A DNA stretch of 64,000 bases from Octopus bimaculoides. Taxonomy: Eukaryota. Positions 12,970 to 28,249 of the stretch are shown piece by piece. Location of the stretch: positions 26,097,863 to 26,161,862 of the forward strand of contig NC_068986.1 in assembly GCF_001194135.2 (NCBI RefSeq). The letters run 5' to 3'. A program made the translations under genes and the position numbers. Within the stretch, counting starts at the first letter, position 1. Each line of letters starts with the position of its first letter. The notes below the pieces were generated by a model. It saw only the letters and a list, made by a program, of their open reading frames with translations. It searched no databases and had not been told where the DNA came from.

Positions 12970-15768
12970 GACAACAGTGAATGACAGAATCAGCAGAACA
13001 TTGAACAAAGTACCTTGCAATATTTAATTATGTCCTGTTTATGTTTTTAGTTTAAAATCCTGCAGGAATTAATGCTGTCATTCATGTTTGCAGGGTGGGT
13101 AATATAATACCAATCAAATATTGTGGTTGATTAAATCGACAGTGTCCTCTCTAAAATTGTGTGACCTTATGTCAATGTAAGAAATCAATATATAATGGAC
13201 ATTTATCAACAACAAAGGCTAAGACATTTCTTTTATTTCTTATTATTTCATTTTGTTTTTTTATCAGTAACTGTTACCCATAACTAATGTAACACAGAAT
13301 ATTCTGAACCATATATTTTAGAACACACACACACATGTGTCACCGTAAAGCAAATATTTCTAAGGAAACAAAAACAGTGATTATGTTTTGGAAGCTAGAT
13401 ATTTATAAAGCAAGGAATTTTGGTTCTCTCGGCAGTCTTCAAAATTTCTTCACCTCTCCTTCAAAACATCCATATTTTCTCTTTCAGGAATACTGCTTAA
13501 GACTTGAGCTACTATTGCTTATATGTGTTGGACTGTATTCAAAATAGAGTCAATTGTTTGGCAAGTCTTTAATCACAGAGAACCACTAATCTCACTAACT
13601 GTTGAACTAGATATTTTTGTTGTTGTTGTTGTTTTAATTCCATTACTACAAACAGAATGTGCCACAGCATTCTTATTTGAGAAGCTGTGAGTTTTTATCC
13701 AATCAGAGCACTATATTATTCTTTCTTGTCTTATAACTAACATATCAGCAGAACAGGAAAAACAGAGAGAAAGTAAGTTAGCAATGGAGACAACAATAGC
13801 TGGAAACATATGATTAATAATGTAGTAATGTATAATAACCAAGATAAACTCAACTAACATTAAAATAAATATATGGCTTTGACATGGAATTCATACTGAG
13901 CCAATTAGTTTCCACGTTATAAGAGACAAGAAAAATAAAACACCAAAGATATCTGTTTAGCTCAAGCAGCAAAGGATCCTCTACATGGTTGCTCAACATG
14001 TTAGAAATAGGAGCAAAAGCACCCTTAAATCATATCTCAGCATCTTAGGAAAGGACACATGGGATAATGTACACATAAGGTCTTAGCACATACAAAAAAG
14101 ATGGGATGGTTATAGTTAGAATTACTTCTTATTGCGGATCAATTCAGATAGGGCTGGCCTATGGTTAAGAAACAACAGCCATGCTGACAACTTTTTCATC
14201 TCTTTTGATAATGATTAAAAAAAAACAAAAAAACTCGTCTCCTTTAGAGGCCATTAATAGAAAATGTTCCAGACATGATAAATAATAAGCTTCTGTGATC
14301 TTCTTGAATTGAAAGAGAGAGAGACATGTAGGGAGGATTAATAGACAGACTCTAAAACCAGAAACTATTTCTTCCAATATAAACATTTTATTTCTCTCTA
14401 TAATAAAGATTCTAATTCCAATGTGCTACATGATAACCTAAATAATAATCATAGAATGCTCAAGTAAATCACAACTGCATGTATTCAGACTCTAAATATT
14501 GTAATAGCAGCAAACTTTAATTACATTCTGAGGTCTAAATTCTAGAGAATACCAGATGAGCAAGATGTGATGTTGAACTGGAACTGGACAGTGTCTATGA
14601 TTATAGTTGGCCTGTGCCACCCAACATCAAATGGATATAATGAAAGAGGCACATTATAAGCTCAGTGAGCCATACAAGCATAATATAATTTACAAATGCC
14701 TCTTTAGCTTGTAGTGCCGAGTTTCTTACAAGCCTGATGTCAAACTTGACATAGAGTCTGGGATTTGGGTCTGATTATAGACTCTTTACAATAGTTGTAT
14801 AACAGTTTATACCACATTAAACACATTATGCACAAGTCATCACAAAATGAGGAGAAAGAGAGAGAAAAATAAAGATTGAACCCTAGTTTGCTGTCAAGAT
14901 ATCTCTTTGTATTTTCAAGCTATATCACTAAAACAAAAAATATATTTGTGTATAAAGTGATAAATTTAATATAAAATAAATTAGTGTAAAAATTGATATA
15001 CAAGCTTCATTGCTAGCAGCTTTGAAACAGCATATATGTGGTGAACGCATCCAATGGCAATTGTTAATTCTGTTAGAATGCTGGTGGTGATGTGTGATTA
15101 TTGTTTAAAAGTCATTATATAATTTAAACAATTACATTTTGAAATGTGGGAACTACATAACGTATACTAGCAGTGGAAAACATTTCCAGAATACATCCTG
15201 ACAGTAAAAGTATGAATGTGAAGTCAAAAAGAGACATATTGCTTACAAAACAACATTTAAAGTCATATAATTTGCTGAATAGAAAAAACGTGCAGCCTCT
15301 AAGGGAAACATTAAGGATATGAAGAAAATCTATTAAATAAAAAAAAAAAAAACCAGTGGCTTTTCAACAAAAGTTATTTAAAAACAAAGACCATGTCAGT
15401 TTTAGTGTTTGTGTATTAGTTTTTGTTTTTTGTTGTTTTAAAATTTGCAGTGATTTTGCATTGATTTCTGGAAAAATATCAAAAATGGATGTACTCAAGG
15501 ATAATGTTGCATAAGAGGATAAAATAAATTTCTGATTTTCAGTTGTAAAATTTTGGGTATTGCATTATATTTGAGATTGCATTGTACTTGAGCAAAGTAT
15601 GGTAGATGTAGGTAAATGATGAAAGCAACTTAATGAAGAATGTAAAAAAAAATTAAAGGCAATGTTTGCTCTTTTAGCTGGAAGTTTATAGCCATTTTAT
15701 ATTACACTCCAACATTTTTCAATGATCAAAGCCTTGTGTGTGTGTGTGTGTGCGTGCATGTGCACTCA

Positions 15769-15804
<36 letters not shown>

Positions 15805-16137
15805 AGATTCACATGCAAACACTCACTAGAAACAACACTGTTTTACAGGGATTTTATGTGCATTTTATAATGAACCTATGTACAAGCATAATTACTGAGA
15901 GAATAAAACACTGAATTCAGTAGTAGTCCTATTTTCAATTAGCACGTGCACACACACATTTCATTTTATCCTCCTTTTATTTACTATTTCCACACAGATC
16001 ACACAGCTGAATATACTATCTATACATACACACACAAACACACATGCACCACATTTGCTTAGAAGTAATAGTCTAATTGCAAAACCCAGCAATAGAAAAA
16101 AATAGCAAAGTGAGGTAAAAAATCACAATAGTATTAA

Positions 16138-16310
16138 CCCTTTTGTAAACCATATTACTGTTGAAGTACACTGTTTCTGTTTTAATTAATTTTGAGAATA
16201 ATGAAGAATCCAGTTAAATAATTTTTTGTCACTATTAATCTGGTGTTTGAAACATAGATTAACATGCAACTTTGATGGAAGGTTTTAATTTAAATCACTT
16301 ATGTTATCTT
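16138..16310. mobile_element. Truncated piggyBac-like MITE (same family as 4844-5057)
   Basis: Starts TTAA|CCCTTTTGTAAC. Shares aagaat..agt.aaataa, gaacata.att and ggaag.ttttaatt blocks with 4844-5057. Confidence 0.55.
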
Positions 16311-19149
16311 GAAGCTGGAACAACAATTTCTGCTATTCTTTTTATATTTACACATCATAAACACAATGGAAATATGATATTTGCATCTGCAAGTGCCCCA
16401 ATAAACACACATAAGAATTTGAAAAGAAAGAATAGTAAATATCACAAACAAGTGGTTCTTGTTCTATCAATGGGCTTGCTGCTGTCCTTTTTTTTACTCT
16501 AATTGGTGTTTGTAAGTCTAATAGAATTTATATTAAATTTTCAGTCATTAATTTATAAATTTCACAATGAAAGCCTGTACAGTAGTTGACACATCCAGTA
16601 CAATAGAAAATGCATCCAGCCATAAAAAACCATGCCAAAGAAGACATTAAAGCATGACACAGTCTTCTGGTTTGTCAGATCCTGTCAAACCATCTAACTC
16701 AAGTCAGCAATGCCTTGGAATAACTACATTTACTTGTATCTGCCCTTTCTACTACTAGCTACGTGGAATAATGCAAACTGTTATCAACCAGAATAGCTGA
16801 AACAGGCTGATAATAGTCAGTTGCTGAAAGATACCATATGACTGTCATAAATTCCAGCACCTTAACCTGATGGTACTTTCATATCTACCAACAACAGTTT
16901 ATTGAGCAATCACTAATTAGTCAAGTCAAAACACTAAATAAACACTATACTTCTAAATGGAGGCAAGATAGGTCATAAATTCAAACCTGTTGTTGAGCAT
17001 ATTATTCTATACTGTCTCAATCAACCTGTCAAGAATAGGTCTCTTATCTAAGAATATTTCTGATCGACTTATCCTACCCAGGAAAAGATATAGTTCTCTT
17101 CTGTTATATGCCATAAACCTGAAGTTAAGTACCAACTCTCAAAGAACCATTCAATACAGAAAAAATAATTTATTTATTATATACTTCCAACTACATTTAA
17201 TAATCTACTATGACCTCATCTATAATATTTCAATAAAAAATTCCCCAATTCTTTTGTGGAACTAGACTGACTTATTGTTGCTTAGTTGTAATATCCCTTG
17301 CACAGAAATTAATGTAGAGAATTTCATATATTTAATATATAAGGCATATGTGACTTTCTAAATGTTCTAACATAATGAAAGAAAAAAATTTCCTAAGTAA
17401 ATAAAACCTTATATATTTATTGTTCCAATGAAAAACTTTTTCTAGGTTATCAACATTGTCTGGAGAAATAACCTATTAAATGGCATTGCAATTCTTTCCT
17501 TTAAGAGAGAGAAAAGAAGAATCAGAAATACTTTTATGGAGAAATCATTATTTAATTAGCAAACTACTAGACACAGAGAAAAGCTACTCGACAGCTTAGC
17601 TTTGATGGATTGGCTGAAATCCCGAACATTATACTAATTAGGTGATTTAACCCTTTGACTCCAGTTTGTGATTTTCTTTAGAACTGTATTAATTTTATTT
17701 ACTGATTAAAAGTATTTGCTGAAAACAGTGCATAGTCACACTTCATGCTAAGCTGTAGAGCTTATCTTATTTCTTTAATAAATGTTGCAAATTCACAAAC
17801 AGAGCAAAGCAGCATTTAGCTTTCAGTTACTTTATGGCATGAAATCTCATTGTATTGTCTTCAGGATTTGGGTTTTATTACTATTTTCATGATTTGTGGT
17901 TTTATTATCACTTAGCACCTTTATTGTGAACTAGTTTGAATACTTTAAATTAAGAAGGAAAGGGAAAAAAATAAACTTGAAAAAGAAAATCAATTGAATT
18001 CACTGAAAATTTCAATGCATAAATGATTTGAAATTTATACATTTAACTATTTAACTATTATTTACTGTCAATAAGCTGAAGACATAATTACAGATTACTT
18101 CTTGGCAGTATTTCTCTAAATATACAATTTGAAATAACTTTAACACAATAAACTGTAATCTCTAATAAACCCCTAATAAAATTAGAAAAATTCTTAAGAT
18201 GTTACAGCTATTCCTTTGAATAGATATATTGCAATCAAGGGAAGAAAAAAAATTATGTAAGCTGCATAGTTAAGAAGTTTGCTCCCCAAACTTGAGGTTT
18301 GGTCCCACACTGTGGCACTAAGAAGATTGATACAAAACTGAACAATCATGACTCCTATGCTTTTGTGTTATTTTCTCCTACACTACTGAAATAGAAGTAA
18401 AATTAATTTTAAGTGTACATTCTTGTAGTAGTAGTAGTAGTAGTAGCAGTAGTAGTAGTAATAGCGTGTGTGTATACACACACACACACACACACACACT
18501 TAGTATATAGTGTATAAGTAGAAATTAAGTACAATTTTGGTGTTTTGATGTTTCTGTTTCATTTTTACATTTTACTTTTGAATTGTTTCAACATGTTAGG
18601 GGGGAAAAAAAAACACCCAGAGCTTATATAACCTTTGGGTATAGTTGAAGCAGGCTGGATAAATTAACAGTTGAAATGATTACTAATTAAAGTAATTATT
18701 AAAATAAAGCCTAATAAAAATGCAATTTCTATAGATTTATTGGAGCCATATACTAGTCTATTGATGCCTTGCGGGTAGACTGAGTTTTATCACTGTTTCT
18801 TTCAAAATTCACATGACCACATGGAAATCACCAATTCTACAGAAATTGTCTCATTTGCAACATAGTGAAAATTATGTCAATAAAACTGGCCTACTTCACT
18901 ATTTTATTCCTCAGCAATTATGGTTTGCTTGCTTTTCATTTTTTTTTTTTTCCCACTAATGTATTGATGATACATTATGATGTTTGTATATTCTAAAATA
19001 GTGGGTAATGTTTATTGACTAAATATTAGACTTCATTGAAGAAAAAAGTTACTTTCTGCTAAATAAAACATCTCATATTATATCCAATCTTTCACCTAGC
19101 ATCAAACTCAGCATTTTCTCAGCACAACATTATAATGATGGTCTCTACC

Positions 19150-19420
19150 AATTTAAAAATGTTTTATGTCATCATCATCATTTTTTAATGTCCATTTTTC
19201 ATGCTTGCATAGGGTGGACAGTTCAACAGGAACCAATGAACAAGAGGATTGTGCTGAGCCCCACTGTCTGCTTTGGAAATGGTTACTAAGTCCTTCCTAA
19301 TGCCAACCACTTTACTCAGTGTACTGGATGCTTTTTACATGGCACTGGTAGTAGTGAGGTCACCAAGTACTTGCAGGATGATCCCTCAAACGAGCAAGTG
19401 TGTAGTTTTGAGGGAGGAAA
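19150..19420 (-). mobile_element. Retroposon 3' end with (ATG)n tail (RTE-type tail), reverse orientation
   Basis: (CAT)n followed by aatgtccattttcatgcttgcatagg and ccttcctaatgccaaccact. Reverse complement of the tails at 28250-28420 and 41770-42020. Confidence 0.7.
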
Positions 19421-20169
19421 AAGTATAATAGGGAAACAGGAAGAGGTGTCTTGCTGAAGAAGGAATACATAGCATCCCCAACTAGGGGGTGGGGGTGGAG
19501 AGAGAGAGAAAGAGAGATGGTGATAGCATACTTTCAAGGTATAAGGTGAATACAAGAGAATAGGATCGAGGAACAGAAAGAGTGGGTGGAGAGGTAAGTT
19601 TGAGAGTATGTTAGGTGTGTGAAAGATTGCTAGAGATGGGTATTGAGATGGATGCAGTGAATTAGGACACATGGGTGAAGGCATGGTCAATGATGAATAT
19701 CAGTTTGGAGAAAATGAAAGAAATAGGAGTGGATCAGAGGGGACTTTTTGATTAACATATAATAATTTCCAGTTATCAATTATGATATATGAGGGTTAAA
19801 AGAAAGGGTTTGCATAGCTTGTTAATTACATTATTTTTTTTTCCTTACCATCAATATTTCCAAAAGTGTATAATAATGCAGGAAGTGATTTATACTTTTT
19901 TTACTGTTGTTTCTTCTCTAGTTGTGTATTTGCCCCTTTTATTCAAGTTAAATTTCCCCATAGTCCCCAGGCTTTTGAAAGGTCTTTCTACTCAATAAGC
20001 TGATTTTAATAATGAAAACAAACTCACTTTTCCAGTTTCATTTCTCAACTGAGTAGGTAGACCTATTACACTGCAGTCTTTTAAAACTTTGAACACAGTT
20101 CACAAAACCCAAGGAGTCTACTGGTCTAAGGTTGGGAACTGTTTATCTATGCTATGATGGACCCACCTG

Positions 20170-20449
20170 TCAAAGGCACAGATGAGTGTTCGGCTTTTGC
20201 TGAACAACCTGCACAAATGATTTGTTTATAGTGATCAAACATATGTGCTGTACATGAACTCACTCTCTCCATCACATCGACATTGCCTGAGCAGGTTCAC
20301 AGTGTACCACACGTCAGGTATTGAAGTGATCACAGAGCAACATGAGATGAAATGTTTTGCTCAGGAATACAAGGCACCACCCAGTCTAGGAATTGAAACC
20401 ACGATCTCACAATCATGAGTGCAACACCCGAACCACTAGTCCATGAGCC
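20170..20449 (-). mobile_element. tRNA-derived SINE (family C head), reverse orientation
   Basis: Minus strand reads ggctcatggactagtggttcgggtgttgcactcatg...ggtttcaattcc (A/B-box-like). The same head occurs at about 28435. Confidence 0.7.
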
Positions 20450-22459
20450 ATCTTGTATCTTTTATCTATGCTATAGCAAGGATAATATTACTAATTAAAT
20501 CAAGGGTGGTAGAGTTGTCAAAAAAGGGAGAATACAGACTAAATACTACTTTAATTCCTCCAAGTTCAAGGGTTAATTTTGCCTTTCATCTATCAGAGGT
20601 CATTAAAATAAGTTTTAAAATCCTATGGAATCAGTTCAATCAACCATACCACTCTTCAATAAAATTTTGCACTGCACTTTTCAATAGAAATTTAAATTAA
20701 AATGATTAAAAAACCCTCAAGCTATGTTTCTAAATTTTTTTAAAAACTAATTTGCATTTTCACTGTTCTTTTAAAGGAGACAAATTACTGAAATTTGAAA
20801 CCAATATTACACAATAACAGTTATCACTAGTTTTATTTTAATACTCCTAAGGGAAAACATCCAGATTTCTGTTCAGAAGATTGGATAAAAAATTTGCCTA
20901 ATAATATCATTTAGTAATACTTTGGTTTGTCTGGTTTAATATTTGCAAATCACAAAGTAAACCAAATTATACAAACTGAAAAATCAATATATATTTATAG
21001 CCTCAATCTGCTCCCCATTTATAAATATTAATGGTATTTTATTTACTTATATATTTATTTTTTACTGGTCTAATGAAAGAGATTCCTTACTTCATAGCAA
21101 TATTTCATAATTGAAATGCTATTTTATCTATAATCTATCTTGTATCTCTTATGATCAGTAAAAGAAAATGATACTGGCACTAAATATATTGATGGCATTC
21201 GTAACCATAATCATTGATATGTCAACAAAATAACCATGTTGCAGGATTGAATTTTTGTTGGTTCTTTTCTTCTTTTTACTTTTAAAAAGGAAAAAAAAGT
21301 TACCAGGGAAATTGAGGTTTTCTGTTGGTGTCCATTTGATAGAAAACCCCAATTAGCCAGGTATTCTCATTGTACTCAAGCTTTCAAGTTAACTGTACTT
21401 TTTAATACAGTCTAAAAAATGATTTTTGTATTTTCATAATATACTTTATCAAATGCTTTTCATTAGTTAATAAAAATATGAATTAGAAACAAAAAACAAA
21501 AAAAAATTGAAATAATTAGAAATAAACTTAACTAGCAAACTGTGTTCTAGATACTTCTAATGGTGTACCCTACATTACAAATTAAACATATTACTTGACA
21601 TTTTCCCTTTCAGTACTTATTTAAGACTTTTTAAATGGACTTTCAACTAGGTAGTAAAATATGTTCGATTCGAGTTTTCTAAAAAATCAATCAGAAATAA
21701 TGTATTGATGTGCTCATCTTCATTAATGAATAGATGTATATCACAAGAGAACATACAGATTAACTGGAATAACCCCCCCCCCCNNNNNNNNNNNNNNAAC
21801 CCCCCGTTATTAACACCTAAGAATCAATCCCACATCATCCCTCAGTTAATATTGAACTACATTATAGTTTAGGCAATAGGCCATTGCAATTATTTCATTA
21901 CTATTTGGAAACTTATATGAATATGTTGATATTTCATTATCTTCACATCATTTTTACGACTTGTCAATTACTGCAAGGAATTGGGCACAAGTTAAATTAC
22001 ATACATGTTATTTATTCAAGAGCTCTATGATGGTATAAGATGTATAAATGTATACAAAATAAATTAAAACATAGAATGTTTGAAACTATAGCCTATGACA
22101 ACCTAGAGAGCTTTGGAAAATATACTTCTATTGCATGCAAACATTCAGCAATGTACTACAAGACAGATGGATAGATACCCCCACATATACAGAGCCCATA
22201 TGCACACACAAAAACACTTTTAAACTAAATCAAACTACAGATATGGTCATTAATATACAGAGCTATAGGCATACAAACAAATACATATATAGAACATATA
22301 CACCCCAACTAAATGTGAGAGTGCATATATAACCGAAAGGCAGAAATATATGTCAGTGACTAAGGGCACTAGTCAGCACCAGTATTGCTTTAAAACAACT
22401 TGTAGCAACAAGAACCTAATCTTAATGATACACACACACACACATATATAGGTGCAGAC

Positions 22460-22604
22460 ATAGCTGTGTGGATAAGATTTTTGCTTCTTAATCCAACTGT
22501 GTAGCACCTTGGGCAAGTGTTTTCAAGTATAGCTTCACACCAACCAAAGCCTTCTGAGTGAATTTGGTCAATGGGAACTGAAAGAAGCCCGTTGTATATA
22601 TATT

Positions 22605-22660
<56 letters not shown>

Positions 22661-22890
22661 AGTGTCTCCTTGTTTTGACACTATGTAATATTTGTCACTG
22701 TCATAAGGCAGTGTCCTTCATTTCCAGTCTCTCATGAAAACATGTCTGATCATGGGAAAATATTACCTTACATGAAAACAGGTGAAGGTTAGTGACAGGA
22801 AGCATATCTAGCAGTAGAAAATCAACCTCAAATTCTGTCTGACCCATGCAAGCAAGGAAAATTGGATGTTAAAATGATGGTGATAATGTA
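22460..22890 (+). mobile_element. SINE family A head, then (GT)n(AG)n, then a body with an (ATG)-type tail
   Basis: Contains gcaccttgggcaagtg..accaaagcctt.tgagtg.atttgg..gaactgaaagaagcccg. The 3' end is acccatgcaagcaaggaaaattggatgttaaaatgatg. Confidence 0.75.
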
Positions 22891-23373
22891 TATACGAAAG
22901 TTACTGATGGACTTGTTTTAATTATATTTGATCCTGTAAAACTGCAAGCATACACACAGATCTATCTGTAAATCTCTCTCTATCTTTTATGCACACACAC
23001 ACAAAATGTTGCATGAATTCAAAGAACATTATTTTCAAGTAAAGCCAATGTTATCAACAGATTCTCAGACATATGGTTAAAAACATCAGTTGCATCCTAT
23101 TATGCATATGCATTTACATCTTCTAACAAAGCACCATACACTAACACAATAATCCACACATGCTATCTTCCCAGATAAAGACTGAACTAAAAAACAGCAA
23201 GTGGATGTTCCTCATATCACCATACATACATATTCAGCTCCAATAATTTAACTACCAAATTTCTGTACTTGGTTATGAATAGAATATTTTTTTTTAAATT
23301 CAGTTTTGCTGCCATTTTCTCTGACACTTCTAGTATTTGGCACACACAATTATTATTATTGTTATTATTATTA

Positions 23374-23795
23374 AGGTGGCAAGCTGGCAGAATCGTTAGC
23401 ATGCTGGGCGAAATGCTTGGCAGCATTTCATCTGTCTTTACGTTCTAGGTTTGAATTCCACCGAGGTTGACTTTGCCTTTCATCCTTTCAGGGTTGATAA
23501 AATAACTACCAGTTGAACACTGGGGTAGATGTAATCAACTCACCCCCTCCCTTGAAATTGCTGCCCTTGTGGCAAAATTTGAAACCATTATTATTATTAT
23601 TATTATTTATCATTATTAAGGTAGCAAACTGACAGTCATTAGCATGCTGGGTAAAATGCTTAGTAGCATTTTGTCCATCTTTACATTCTGAGTTCAAATT
23701 CTACCTTTCATCCTTGCAGGGTCAATAAAATTAAATGCCAGTTGAACACTGAGGTTAATGTAATCAACTTACCCACTCCTCCAAAATTTGAAACC
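23374..23795 (+). mobile_element. Two tandem SINE family B copies (23374-23586 and 23619-23795) separated and flanked by (ATT)n
   Basis: Direct repeats sharing ttagcatgctgg..aaatgctt, ttcaaatt, ctttcatcc, ccagttgaacactg.ggt and aaaatttgaaacc. Confidence 0.85.
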
Positions 23796-24206
23796 TTTAT
23801 TATCATTATTACTATTATTATTCATTATTAGCGACAAGTACAATATTAGATCAGTATAGCATTTTGTTTATCATACTTAAAATAGATATGCTGCTGAAAA
23901 TCTTGAAACTATGGTATTCGTCTTGAGAAGGCATTTTGTGTAGCATTTTTAGTCTGCTGCTGATACATTTCTATGTTTTTGATACTATACATCTAAATGA
24001 GATACTTTCTCAAGACAAATATCACAGTTTCAAGGCTTTCAACTGTATGACAATTAGGATATACCAAATATTATTATCATTATTTCTTAATTTGGGATAC
24101 CTTGATTTTGGAGAGAAAAGAGAATGTGCATGCACATCATGAGTTTCAGAATTTTAATTTAGCAGCCTAATTCCAGAATATTGTGAAGGATTTGGGTTAT
24201 GCACAA

Positions 24207-24242
<36 letters not shown>

Positions 24243-26459
24243 TTTTCAATGTTTACAAAAAACATGGAAAAAATAAATAAATAGTTACCAGGGTAGCAAA
24301 AGTTCACACAAGTACCAAGGATGTAACAGCCTACTTATAAAGGTAGAAATTCTAGGTTTTGGTGAAATGCTTTTGTATAACATAAATAAATAAATGGAGT
24401 TAAATGCAGGTGTTATTCAAATCTTTATACTTCCAACATATGTTTCAAAGAAAACATTGGTATTATTCCATGGAAAAAACAAGAGAAATGTACCAGCATT
24501 CCCTTCATCATATATGCAGTAATCACATTTGGTTAAAATGTCTTATTGATGCATTTTGTTTCTCTTTTTTTCCCTGATGAGAAAATTGCATTGTTTTACA
24601 TCGTTTTATTCCTTCTGAAATAATACCAATATTTTCTTTGAAATATATGTCANNNNNNNNNNNNNNNNNNNNNNNNNNNNNNNNNNNNNNNNNNNNNNNN
24701 NNNNNNNNNNNNNNNNNNNNNNNNNNNNNNNNNNNNNNNNNNNNNNNNNNNNNNNNNNNNNNNNNNNNNNNNNNNNNNNNNNNNNNNNNNNNNNNNNNNN
24801 NNTATATATATACATACACACACACACACATATATTAGTAAGTATAATTATAATTGTTAAAGTTGACTATGAAAAGTAGCTGATTTTAGCAATAATAGTT
24901 ATATTTACTCTAACAGGCACTGAATATACTTTGTACTGGCAAAATTGATACCATATCAGTAAGTATGTCTTTTTGTGTCTGTGTGCATGTGTATTTGCAC
25001 ACACTTGTGTTTCACACTTGTGAAAATAAATTCAGATAATTAAACATACATAAGTAGGTACATGAACGATATGCATTATCAAATTAATTAAACAAATCTA
25101 AACTCTAAATCCCCTGATCAAGAAACAATTTCACACTTTTTAGCCATGCCAAAAAATATTGTTTAGCACAGAGATATTTCTACTTATAGAAGCAAATTTA
25201 AAGCTGAAAGTAGGAAACACTGATTTAGTAGAATATTCTAACATCAATGTTCATTCTATTTCTTAAGCAGAGTGTATATTTTCCTTTATAAACTAAAAGA
25301 AATTTATAGCTCAGCAAATAATAAAATTTGCATACTTTCAACAGCTCCCCATAGAAATTAAATCAAGATTGGTATCATACTTGTCGTTTTCAAACATTTA
25401 AAAAAAGTTTTGACACTATATATGCTTAGCTAAGAAAATATAATATTTTTCCAAATATATAGTATTTTTACTAACATTGTAATCAATAATACTGAAACAA
25501 TTTGGCATGATCATCATTAAAAAATATCCACCTACTATACTCCCAATCATCATTATCAAAATCACACACACACACTCTCTCTCGCCTTCAGATATCTGTA
25601 AAACCCTATCATATTCTAGTCTGCAGGCAGACAAACTTATCTTGGAATGTTTATGGCTTTCTAAGTTGCACTTTAAATACTGCTGCCAAAAATTAGACAG
25701 AACAATAAATAAAATAAAAAATAACTAAAAATCAACAACAATTATATTTTTTTTCTTTCCAATATTGCTGGAAACAATAAAACAAAAGCAAAGCAAATAT
25801 AAACAATTTGAAATGTCAACATTTTTCAGCAATTAAGAAGCTATTTTGGTAAAGAAAGCAAATCCTACAAAAACAAAACAGAATACATGAATAAGTTAAT
25901 AGAATCAGAAAAATGAGATAATAGTCTAAGGCATATTGGTTAGCACATAATTGTATTAAGGATTCAGTGATACAGCTGTCATAATTAAAATACTGTTTCA
26001 AGATGTATGCATAAGGATTGTGAGGTTTCGTTAGTGAATCATTCATCATAACTATGGGGGAGGACTATATAAGAAATATAGTTCTGATGGGAAATACTTG
26101 CTTCTGTTGCTAAATTTCACTGGATTGTTGAAATCCCATTTTAAAAATATATTGTAAGTTGTTAGCCATTTAGCAATAGTTGTAAATGACTGATGTGTGT
26201 GCAGGACCAGAAATAGTGCCATCAGCATAGAGTTATAGGAAGTTTACAAGGTAAGGAAGTAATTATGATTTAAAAGTAATTAAGAAGAAAAAAGATCAAT
26301 GTTTTTGAGCCTAGCTGATTGAATGTTAACGGTACCAGCACATCTGGGTAATCTGGATATAGTTTCTTCTTTAGTTTATTCTTGAGTCACATCAAGCGAA
26401 GAGTGATAATACAAGTGTCTATTCTGTTATATAGCCTATGCCTGAAATTCTGAAAACTT

Positions 26460-26670
26460 TTATGGTCACCACAAAAGAGAAAGATGTCCTTCCTAATGCC
26501 AACCACTCCAAGAGTGTAGTGGGTGCTTTTTACATGCCACCAGCATGGGAGCCAGTCGGGTGGCACTGGCATCGACCACATTTAGATGGTGCTTTTTACG
26601 TGCCACCAGCATGGGAACCACTCAGGTGGCACTTGGCATTGACCCACACATGAATGGTGCTTATTACGTG
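26460..26670 (-). mobile_element. Fragment of the RTE-tailed retroposon with internal 66-68-bp tandem repeats
   Basis: Contains ccttcctaatgccaaccact as at 19290. The repeat unit ggtgctttttac.tgccaccagcatggga starts at 26522, 26588 and (partial) 26656. Confidence 0.75.
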
Positions 26671-26685
26671 TTCATTACATATAAA

Positions 26686-26927
26686 CAGGGTTGGTCAAAA
26701 GTCACCTGACAGTAAATGAAAACCATTTAATTCTTAGATTAAAACAAAAAAAATCATTTTATATGAGACTTCGCTAATAAATAGACAAATGCTGAAAAAA
26801 AACCCCAGTGATCTTAACTCACAGCATTCAATTATTAAACATTCATAATTGGAACGAATAAATAAAATTGAATATTAAGTATTTATGGAATTTTGATTTA
26901 CTATCAAGTGACTTTTGGCCAACCCTG
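26686..26927. mobile_element. Tc1/mariner-type MITE, 242 bp
   Basis: TIRs of about 30 bp: CAGGGTTGGTCAAAAGTCACCTGACAGTAAAT and ATTTACTATCAAGTGACTTTTGGCCAACCCTG. TA follows the right end, but the left TA is mutated. Confidence 0.85.
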
Positions 26928-28149
26928 TATATAGTAAAAAAAACGTAACATTAGTTGAGGACTTTATTTTTCAATAGCACAAACAGGAGACAACTGGACA
27001 TATTTTACCTCTTACAAAAACATTCTCAGAGGAAGTGTAGCAAGATCATAACTTGTTGAAAGTAGTAGCAAGTCACAAAGTAAACATAGGAAAATAAATA
27101 TTGTTTTTACAGGTTTCATTCATTAGACTATGGTAATATATTGACTTGAAGAGAAATACTGAAAAATACAATTGTCTAAGACATAATCAGTGTAATAATT
27201 AGACCACAGTTCAGAAAAAATTATTTTGGTCTGTATGTCTTTTCAATAAATCTAATATTTAGTAATTTCACTTAGCAACTCCCTAATACTTTGACAAGTT
27301 ATAGAGAGGTTACACTTTTGCTGATAAACATTCAACAAGAAGCAACACATGTCTGGAGTTGTCTCCTATCCTTGCTTACTTGCTGATGAAAAAAGAACAT
27401 AATATTGTTGTTCTTTACAATTATATTCGAATATTTGTGATCTTTTTACTGTTCTAATCATTCTTTATTTTTTTCAACTACATACACACATAATCATCAC
27501 ACAAGTGGCATCCTAGATAATTTTTAAATAATTTAAGTCCCCTCAAAGGTCATATTTAAATATTGGTAGCAGTAATATAAAGTATTAATGAAGGGAGCTT
27601 AAGAAGTTGCCAATAATTAGAGTGGAATGTTTCACTGCTAATTAGATAAATCATTTTCCTTGTATTTCCAATATGATTGTAGTTTAATTATATTTGGAAA
27701 CTGTCACAGTACAACTTGTAACTTAATTATAGCTTAACAGTTCATTCATGAAGAATAAGAAAAAATATTAGAGGATTTACTGCAACAATAAATATTATTT
27801 AAGCCAAAATTAATGCAAACATCCCTTGCTGAATTAATAAGTGGGTAGTATATTGTTGATAGCATTAAAATTAGCAGCAATAATTACTAACAACAAAAGA
27901 ATCATTGTAAGTGAACAGATGATGAAAAGGAAAAAGTATCATATATTTATCATGTATTCAAAGAACTAGACACACACACACAGAAGTTGGGAGGAAATCA
28001 GTTGATATTTCACTTCATTGTAATTTAGAGTTTAATGCCACACAATTCAAGTATTTTAAGCAACATCATTGAGCACACATGACATGAAACTGAATCTCAA
28101 TAGAATGAATACCTACATGACTCCTAAAAATGTATATGCATTGAGTACT

Positions 28150-28210
28150 TTCTCATATGCCAACCAAAGCCTTGTGAGTGGATTTGATAGACAGAAACTG
28201 AAAGAAGCCC

Positions 28211-28249
<39 letters not shown>

